Source: Podarcis cretensis
Taxonomy: Eukaryota
Direction of reading: 5' to 3'
Assembly: GCA_951804945.1 (NCBI GenBank)
Contig: OX638153.1
Coordinates: 51,088,001-51,152,000 of the forward strand
DNA: 64,000 nucleotides
The notes under the pieces were generated by a model. That model saw only the letters and a program-made list of their open reading frames with translations, searched no databases and was not told where the DNA came from. Positions 54,453 through 64,000 of the stretch are shown here, piece after piece. Both the position numbers and the translations under genes were made by a program. The first letter of the stretch is position 1. Each line of letters starts with the position of its first letter.

Positions 54453-56569
54453 ATTTATATTTTACAGATAGGAATTAAGTGGATACAATATAACTCCCCT
54501 CCCATGGCCACAAAGTTTCCATGTATATATACTTCTTCCTGCAATTTCTTTCTAAATGTCAGCATATTAGCATCACAGGGGGGAAACCCATGATAATAAT
54601 GTAGAGAGAAGTGTACTGGAAATAGCATGATGATTAAGGATGCAAAAGGCTGCCATCAAATCACAATGACTGAGCAAAACCTTGATTCTCACAGTACATG
54701 AAGGAGAAAGTTGCAAATGGAGATGTTTAATGATTGAACATGTAAAGGGGAAGAAGAGCGGTCTGAACTAGCTCTGAAATGAATGTTAATGCATGAGCAC
54801 ACACCACTTTGCTTTATTGTAGCAATAGATCAGCTTCTGAGGCTAGTTCCTAAGGGATAGAAATTGAGCGAAGAAGAAGAATTACTTGTTTAATTCATCA
54901 TGCCTGCTGTAGGATTCTTTACCATTTGCAACTGTAGCAAAGGAAATGATATGGCAAATATGACTGAATTGTACAGGTTGCCAAAGATTATTTATAAAGG
55001 TGACTGAATTGGAAATGTCAAGCTTGAGGCTATATACATTGCAGTGCAAGTTACATAAATTTCAGAACACCAGCGTCTACTGCCTCTTTTGCCTTCTTAG
55101 GTGGGCAAACATACACATACCTGTGCAACTTGACAGTTTACAGAGACATACAGAAATAGTTATCCTTTTTTACATACGCAGTTCTTGTTATTTAGTGAGC
55201 AGATACATTTGTTGCATGCTGAAAGAAAAATAGTCCATGTGTGCAGCTGTTCTTGGTTAGAACAGCTACAGCAGTTTGCGGGCCGGGAAGTGATATGCAA
55301 CAATACTGATCTGAACAACCACATCCCTCTGCTCAAGATGAATGCAATCCACCAGCCATGTATTGCCAACTGCTTGCCAACCCCAATTTTTTCTGTCCCA
55401 GGCAGGCACCAAAAGCAGACCTGTTGGGACTACAATGTGTGGCTAGTGAGACATGTTTCATGGAGTGGGCAGCATTGTGCATCTCTGGGGAGCTTGTGTC
55501 TTGCAAGTTCCCCAGGCATGCACGGCAACATCTAATATTTAATAACTAATGAGGACTTCAGCAAACAAAAATGTCAGGAATATTTGAACCCACTGTTATC
55601 AAGATTCAGATTGCTAAACGAGATGAACTCCACTCAGTGAAATGAGAATTAACTGTCTTATCTCAGTCAGCTTTCATTGTGGGATTTGTATGGCGTCAAG
55701 GAATAAAACAATGTATGAAGGCAACTATATCCAGACTTATTCAGCCCTGCCTTCTAATTCTTTGGGGTGCTGTTCAACCATCGCAAGAAGAAGGTGGGGA
55801 GAGTAGATGTCTCCAGAGAAGTGAAGTCTGAGGGTGCAGTTTTCTCTTCTTCATCATACATTTACTTGGAATGCAAGTCCCACTGAATTCTGTGCAGTAT
55901 GCTCCAAATGTTCCATATACTGAGTGAACAATCCATCTACTTCTGTATACAAATAGCTGAGCTGTACACTTATTATTCACATATAACATTCAGTAAGTGT
56001 ACAGTCTGTGTACATCCTATGTCAAAGGGTGGAATGGTGGAGTAGGCAAACATGTTTTCATCCTGTAAAAGAATGGTGATTTTTTAAAAAATGTGCTTTT
56101 AATAGCATTTTGATATGCTGAAAAAAGTATTAATTATGAAATTAGCAAAGAATAAATCAATAATAACATAACCCCCGGAGTGGGACACATCACCATCTGT
56201 GGAATAAATTGCTCCACAATTGTGTGTGAGAGAGACTTAGAGAGGAGGAGGAGGAGGAGAAGAGAGAGAGAGAGAGAGATTGAGATTGGTGGCAGGTTGT
56301 GGCATTATCAACCAAAAAAGTTACAAAAGCATACTGCATTTCTATAAAATCATTCAAAGCCATTCAAGCTTTTCAGCAAGCTTCTCCTTTAAGGCCCCTC
56401 TCCTATGCTTTTTGTCTGCATAGGAGTGGCAATCTATTTCTATATCAGTCATGCCTGCCAGCCTTCCCCTCTCCATGAAAGCAGGACCTTGGAAGCCAAG
56501 TGAAAGGGGGCTTAGCTTAGCTCCGACAAGCTTTGCCCTCCCTCCGCCCCATAGCATGTAGCTGCACAG

Positions 56570-57340
56570 CTCGCACCCCGCCTCTCATGCCTCTTGCCCA
56601 TGGAGGGCCAGGGGAGGCCTGCCTGCCTGCCAGCCAAGCGCCTTCTCCCTCTCCCCTCCCGCCGGAGGCCCCTGACTGAAGCGCTGCGCCGGGCGGCTAA
56701 AGCGATTGTTCGGCCAGATTCTGCTGCTGGTGCTGCAGCAGCGCCCGGCTCGGCAGGGACGAGCCCCGCCCAGCCCCGGCCGCTCGCCGCCCGCATTGGC
56801 TGCAGCGGCCGGCTGTTGTGATTCCCCCTGGCGCTCCCTCGCCTCGCCTGGGCGCGCTGCAGACAGGTACCGCCCTCTTGCTCTCACTCCCCGGCGGCAC
56901 ATGGGGGAGATGCTGCCCAGCTGCATCCGGCTGGCATCTGGGGCTTGCTCTTCGGTCTTGGCGCTCCCTGCAGCCGCCGGCTCTCCCTTGCTCCGCCCGA
57001 GCCATGTCCACCAGAGGTGAGTGTGCGTCTCTCCGCCTGGATGGAGGAGCAGCATCTTCCCCTGTGGTCGCTTGGAGATAGAAGGCTGGGCGGGCAGGCA
57101 GGCAGGCAGGGCCAGCTCTCTGCCTGGGGTGGTGGTGGTGTTGTGTGCCGGCGGGGGCTACGTTAATATCCTTTCCCCCTTGCCAACCTACACCTGTCTC
57201 CGCAAGAAACTTCGCCGCGCATTGCCTTTCATTCTGCTTTTGTTTGATGTGGAAGTGGGGGCCGTGGGGGGGGGGGGGAGGGAGAAGAGCTTGAGAGATA
57301 CTTGGGAAATCGGTGGCGTTTGTACGCCCCGGTCCACAGC
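56570..57340 (+). promoter_or_regulatory. CpG island promoter of a plus-strand gene (probably ABLIM1)
   Basis: Dense CpG, CCCCGCCC GC box near 56764, inverted CCAAT (ATTGG) near 56795, followed by a Kozak ATG and a splice donor. Confidence 0.85.
57004..57016 (+). CDS. ABLIM1: Putative first coding exon (M-S-T-R plus first base of next codon) of actin-binding LIM protein 1
   Basis: gccATGTCCACCAGAG|gtgagt: Kozak ATG and strong phase-1 donor. From recall, ABLIM1 is the head-to-head neighbour of FHIP2A in human and its shared exon begins mid-Val codon (VAHPQ). Identity is inferred. Confidence 0.55.
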
Positions 57341-60300
57341 ACTCTCGCTTTTACTATGGGTGCAAGAAGGGATTGGATGGGCTTGTGCTACTTAATCACC
57401 TTTCTTGGGATAAAGGTGGGGTGAGCAGATTTAGTTCCCACCCCACCCTTCTTGGTACCATTTTGCAGCTCTACCGATGGAAGAATTCCAGGGGTTGATG
57501 CACCAAGATATTTAAAGCTGCAGTACATCCTTTTTTCGTGGGTGGGAAGCAACGACGTGTCAGATCGTTCGCAGCTTGCGTTTTCTGGAGGCATATTAAA
57601 ATATTTCTCGGAAGGGTTTGCAAGCTAGAAAGGGAAGCCAATGCCAATATCCCCCCCCACCTCTTTGCAGTATGAGAGGGAGATATTTTTGCTGTGTTTT
57701 CAGAGTAGGTTACAACCCTAAGGTGCTGATGCTTACTAATGAAGTGTTATAGATAGTTCAACAACAGGATTATTAATTTGTGGTAGGATGTGTTCTGAAT
57801 AACAGTACTATTTTTTTCTGAGGTGTGGGAACAGCTGATTTTTATTTGCATCTGTGTGCATTCCCCCCAATCCCTCCCCCCATATTGATCATGTGTACTT
57901 CTTAATCATTAATCCGGCTGTCATATGCAAACTTTCCTGGGACTAGATCCCATTGAACTCAGCAGGAGTTTATTATTAAGTAAACACACATTGAATTGTG
58001 TTTAAGAGGCCTAAATATGAAATTTCTTCTTGGGTAGATGTGTGATATTTATTTGATAGGGGGAATGCTACAGTGGTTGAAAGAAGCTTTCTTCTTCATA
58101 TATTTAAGAAACCAATACATGTCTATTCACAAGGCATTACATACGCATAACACCAAGGCCCATTAAAGACTATGGGTCAATTTCATACCATATGCTAGGT
58201 ATATGGTGAGCTAGGTGTAGTTTCTTCTCAGTGGAACACTTCTTGGAGAAAACACATTCTCTGCAGGGTTAAGGCCACAATATGCAATGGCTATTAATTT
58301 TCATGGCATTAGTATGCCATCCTCATATATTTAATTTGTCTGCAGAGGCAACACCCAGAATAAGTTCATGGGTGTGGCTGTTTTGCTATTGGAAGCAGGG
58401 TGGGGGAAGAGAGGGATAGGAGATGAATTTCCAATCCTGAGCTGTTTTTTTTGAACAGCATTTCCCCTTTCAGGGTGCTGTGATGTCACAGTACTGACTC
58501 AGCTGAATTGTCAGATCTAGGAAGTATAACTCAAACCTGGCTTTAGGTTCTCGGCTTTTTCTGATTTGTAGGCTTCTGGCTGTAGCTTTTGTTCTCTTCC
58601 AAAAGCTTTATAATGAAAACAACTCAAATGTTTCATTTTTGTTCAGGATTTGTGCTTTTAATCCTTGATTGGAATATTACTCCTCATGCCATATTCTGTC
58701 TGATATCTATGGCTAGCAGCCTGGTGATTTACAAGGTCCTATTAACCAGTGATGGGTCTCATCATACTATCATGAAGTCCCTTTGTCAGAAGCCAGCATG
58801 TTACTGTAAGAGAGGGAATATTGAGAAGATCCTCAGGTAGTGGAGAGTGCCTCGGCTCTCTGCCAGTGTTTGAATATTGTTACACAAGGAAGAGGGACCT
58901 GGCGGATGGTGATGGTGGCACTACTCCATGAGTTATGTTATGTGTAACATAACTATACCACAGTGGCTGTATGGAGAGGGTATTGTTCAATCCCTGTCTC
59001 ATCAACATTCTTATGCATGTAAAATAAGAGTGGGACAAGTTAGATGATCCCGATACTTGTGCTGTATACCCTTATGTGGTAATCATGAGAACTTACATTT
59101 TTGTGTGTAATTTCTGATACATGTTATGCCAGCATAAGAACCTTAAGATGTTGAGTTCAGTTGTATTTTTGGGTGGTATATTGTGTATGAGTGTGCTTGC
59201 ACTGTTTTACGTGGCTTGTATTAGCTGCAGTTCAGCATGGCGGATTCTAGGCCAAAGCTGGAATGTGTAAGAATCAGTTTACGCTGAACAATCTGTCTAC
59301 ACTAATCAATAAACTGTGTGCTATACTGTGGAGTGGGGAATATCCAGCACATGGGCCAAATTAAGCCTTCTAAGCCAGTCAATTTTGCCTGCATGGCCAT
59401 TTTGCAATGTTCTGCTGCAAAGGAAGAAACCAGGAGCATGTTCTAAATGAATCTAGAATTAAGTTAATCAATATTTCTCATTTTTGTGGTCTAGTTGGCA
59501 CCGTTCCTCCTATTGTGAATAGTGTTTATAACTCTCTCTGCAGGAGAATTCTGTACTGCAGAAAAACTACTGAAATTGTTTTGGGTAAGTTATAGCAACA
59601 TTTGTGCTAGGACTCCTATTGTTATAACAGCAACTTCTGTTCTACAGGATTCTACACTAGGATTTTTAATTGCAAATAAGATCAAAATAAACTGGCAAGG
59701 GCCACTTCTGATGCTTGGGTCACTTCAGTAGGATGCATGCCACATTTAGTGATGGGGCATTTTCTGGGGCTCATGCACCCTGGAAGTGCCCTATGAGGTT
59801 GACACTTCACATACCTTCATTGGTGCTCCCTGACCCCAGGGTCTTGTGTGGGCTTATCCACTGGTGGAGCCCTTAAGCTTCCAGCTTGCTACAGTGCTGC
59901 CTCCACTGGTAACCCTGTTAGATTGGTGGCTGCAGCAGTGCCAGTGGACTGTTAATACTGGGGGCGTGATTGGTATTGGAAATCCCACCAAGGGCAGTCT
60001 GCCCAATGACCCCCATAATCTGGAACCAGATCTGCACATTTAAAACTTTATATATTGGGAGTCCATAACAAAAACTATATAAACGTGGGGGGGGGGTTTC
60101 TCTCTGGTTTTGCCTTCAGTTTTTCTCCTGGTTTGCCCATGTTCTTTGGACTATTAGTTCTTTAACATCCCTGACAGAGGAAGGATAAAAGTAGCAGATA
60201 GCCAGAATTGAGCTCAGTGTATCTTCCAGCATGCATACTGTGTGTTCCAATGTGATCTTACTGTGCTTGCGTTCAGCGACTGCATATACTGTGGTTCACA

Positions 60301-63300
60301 TGGATAGTAGTATTTCACGATACTTTAGCCAATGGTCATTGTTCCAAGGAAACACCTAATTTATACAGATAGTTTCTTCTTGTTGCTACTGCCTGCTAAA
60401 TTTATGATTATCTAACTGCTGCAAAAATCTGCTTAGATGGCACACATAAACTGAGTGGCTTTTTAATTCCACATAAATTAACCTAACAACTTCTGTTTTA
60501 TAACAGGGTGTGCTATTCATTAGGGATGAAAACAACCCCTTGAAGTGCTAGACTTAAAAAAGAACACGTTCACCCATTTATCTTGAGTTGCAGCTTGGAA
60601 ATCTATTTTTCTTTATCTTGTTTACAAGTTCAATGGAAATTTTGGGGGGGAATATGAGGAATGGTTTAGCATGAACAGCTATCAAAATGGATATGAGCTG
60701 GTAGTTTCCTTTCATTGTTCATTAAGACAATGAATCTTAAGCTATTTTGGATGCTCATATTGCAGCAGAATTTGAGAGAAGGGAAATGAGCATTGGTCTA
60801 TGGTTAGCAAGGCAGACCAGCGGCTCAGTTCCATGCATTATTTGGGAGTAATCACCATGAAGTTCAATAAGGCTTCCTTCCATACAACTGTGTGTTGCGT
60901 TGGAGTCCAAATCACTCACAGACATTTAGGCTGGCTTCCAGCCAAGTTCTACTCAGAGTAGAGGCACTGGAATTAATAGACTTAAGTAAGACATGCCCAT
61001 TAATTTCAAAGGGTCTACTCTGAGTAGGACTACCATGACTACAATCCTTAGTGAGATGTTGTATAGTGCCTCTGAAATGAATATTTCTGGTACATGTTTT
61101 TAAAACACATGCAACAAAATATAGTTTCTTAAAATAGGGATGCTGGAAATCAAGCATGCCAGGTGTCAGAGAAATACATTTTGCTGCCTGAAATTACATT
61201 TTCACAGAGCTGGGAATGACGCCCAGGTGAGTAATAAGGTTCCTTCTATGCTCTTCCCACATCTTTCTTTTTGTGCAGTTGTTTGGAAGGGGTTGGCCAC
61301 TGATGCCCACAAAGCTTTAAAGCTCTCTCCATCCCATGGCACCTTGACCACAAGGTGGTAAGAATAGTCATTTTTTCTTCCCTGGAAAAGTATATAGGGC
61401 CAGAGGAGGAAGTTGGAAGAGTGATTTTTTTTCTCGCTTTCTCATTCATCTCTGTGCTTTTCAAGGCCCGGATTAATTCTGCTGGATCCAGCTTTTACCA
61501 AATCCCTGGGAAAAATAAGTGTGTATACATGGAATTTCTCTTTTTCTGTTTCTTTGGTGGTGAAGGAAATTACTCAAAGAACCAAATGTGCTCATTTGCC
61601 TGAAAAGGTTGACAATACCTGGCATAAGCGTTTCATTAGTGGTAGCCTCTATCAGCACAAGGATGTCACTATGTTTCTCTTCAGCATAGCACTGTGTTTT
61701 GCTGGAACAGAGGAATTGAGGCACAATCCTATACTATTTAGAAATAAGTATATTTGAGCGTAGCCGAAGTCTAATATTGTGTGGGTTTTTTGTTGTTGTT
61801 GTTTGGATAAGATGGTATATAATATGTTTAGTTTTTATTTATTTATTGCTCTTTGCCAGCTTGTAGTGTCTTCTGTTTTAATTAGCCATCTTTTTAATGT
61901 GATTTATTACATGCTATCTACTTAGGTTCTTTGAAATGGAATGGGCAAGAAAACCAAATACCTTCTTAAATCAAATACCAGAAAATAAACATGTTTCAAA
62001 TGTGGCTTTCTCTCCCATTCTTATTGGGGATAATAAAAGAACTGGGTATTATATACTTCATGCCCCTTGAGCTGCTTTACTTTTCTGTTTAAAAGATCCT
62101 GTCTTACAAGAAGCCCTTAAAAGGGTAGGAGACCACTACTCCTTACTGGAAGACAGAAAGAACTCTGGATTGATATGGACATGCTTGGGCAGCAGACTTT
62201 TTAACCAACTGTGTATGCTAGTTGTAAGCTAAAACATGACACAAATCAATTCACTGAGAAATGGAGTTATTTATAAACCTCTGAAATAACAAATTTCATG
62301 AAAATGTGTAGATAGAGAACATCCAGATTTTTCTGATTTAATTTTTTTACATTTGTTACTTGTCAGTGATTAATCTGTTTTTTTTTTACTTTTTATCAAT
62401 GATATATTTGTATTATTTACATTTCTTGATATTTTAATAATAAACTATATAATTTTTGATAGGAGAATGTGTTATAAGTATAGAAATATGACACACAATG
62501 TTGGTTGAGAATTATAGAAAGAAGTAAACTAACCTTCCCTATTGCTAGACATGTTGTAACTGAAGGGGTTCTTGAAAACATATTTAGAAATCTTCCGGAA
62601 ATATTCATAGCCATTCACATTTCTAATGAAGCAATCGCACAGTGGCTTAATAATAATCAGATATTGGAAAAATCTTTCCATATTTGGATTGTTCATAGAA
62701 GCTATGTTGTGAATCTTGTGCAGCATACTGAGTTGGAAAATACCTTTTGAATAGCATTTGTTTCTGCCCTTGTGATGCTGCATTTTAGCTCTTTGATATT
62801 GACATGTTGAACATATAAGTGATTTGGTGGTGCTGGGCAATGCATTGCAATTGTCAGAAAAGTATAGTAGTATTTCTCCATGCTAATAAATTATCATGAA
62901 AATTGACCATTATAGTCTTGTCTGCTTTCCACACTATTACTATGACACTCTTTCTTCTTTTGGACAAAGCCATTCTGATCAAACCAGTGATGTATCTTCC
63001 TAATGAGTTTGAGGCCACCCGCAGGACTACCCAGCTGTGTAAATTGTGTGGCAATTGGTCTTTGAGGGTAGCTTGCTAAAGAACCTGCATCTAAATCAGG
63101 GATAATCCCTCCTATATTAAAATTTTTACTTAGAGATGATCATTTGTGTATTTGGCAGTAAAATGCTTTCTTTGCTCAATTGCACATTTTTATCAAGACA
63201 GCTGCAGTGCATATGGTTTTGTTAGCTATTTATATGATGTTTTCTTACAGTGTGAAAATATTCCTGCCACATTTGTTCTAAAAGTGTCCAGTTTTTTTTA

Positions 63301-63708
63301 GAGTTTGTATTACAAAAAGAAGAAGAGCGAAAGTAGGTAATGTAAAGCCTTTATTTGGTCCGACTCTAACTCTTGTTGGTGTGGAATAACATTTTAAGTT
63401 TTGTAAATAGGAATGCAGAAATACTTGGCACCTTGTTATCCAGGTTTCTTAAGATTCTTGTTATCATCCCAGCCCTATCCTTGGGAAGAGTGAAGTGCTT
63501 GGGTAGCAGATGCAGGGATGTATGTGGGTAGCAGTGTTGGCAGCCCCTTGGCCATTTCATCATTGGTTATGAAATAGATTCAGCTGCCAGCCCATCTTTT
63601 CTCCATGGAACAATAATAAGTTAAAAGACCATACAATAATTAATGCAACAATTATTTGAACATTATGGCAGTAGAGTCATTGGATGTGCAGTCAGTCACT
63701 CTCATATA

Positions 63709-63950
63709 CAGTGGTACCTCTACTTACAAACGTGATCCGTTTAGTCCGTAAGTAGAGCACTGCTACTGTGCGTGCGTGACGCATGATAGAGCGCTCCTGT
63801 GCATGCGTGAAGCGTACAGATCACTTCTGTGTGTGTGTGTGTGTGTGTGCGCGCGCGCGCGGTGAACCTGGAAGTAAACACTTCCGGGTTTGCCGCTTTC
63901 GTAAACTGAAAAGCTGCAACGTGAAGCAAATGTAACACGAGCTATGACTG
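63709..63950. mobile_element. Tc1/mariner MITE related to the 5644 element, with internal (GT)n(GC)n
   Basis: TA|CAGTGGTACCTC...CGAGCTATGACTG|TA; shares CTGGAAGTAA...ACTTCCGGGTTT. Confidence 0.8.
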
Positions 63951-64000
63951 TATAGTTGCAGGGATGGAATGCATGCAACAGCTCTGCTAATATAAATATA

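Noticed and set aside
54940-55030. MTELEM-like words resembling a recalled alternative ABLIM1 N-terminus
   Set aside because: Similarity is only a few residues, the frame does not continue correctly and there is no suitable donor
56512-57395. Multiple 70-156 aa ORFs on both strands
   Set aside because: Expected from GC-rich island composition; only the short ATG-donor exon has signal support

Overview
Vertebrate genomic DNA, very probably from a squamate (lacertid-type lizard), judged from Sauria SINEs and the L2/CR1/RTE/Penelope repeat mix. The main feature is a complete 17-coding-exon FHIP2A (FAM160B1) gene on the minus strand: ATG at 44137, TAA at 15405-15407, 2292 nt CDS, 763 aa, all introns GT-AG with consistent phases. 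It starts in a CpG island at about 43.7-45.0 kb and has a probable 2-3 kb 3'UTR. A second CpG island at about 56.6-57.3 kb carries a plus-strand first exon (GCC-ATG TCC ACC AGA G|GTGAGT), most likely a divergently transcribed ABLIM1 first exon; this is inferred from synteny and phase, and no downstream exon lies in the window. The rest is intronic or intergenic and rich in transposons, including several cleanly nested insertions with intact target-site duplications. I found no convincing new protein-coding system. The best leads are nested TEs, a Penelope hairpin with a decayed hammerhead core, a CTCF-like motif cluster between the divergent promoters, overlapping uORFs, and candidate FHIP2A splice variants. 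Gene and repeat identities come from recalled sequence knowledge, not from a database search.
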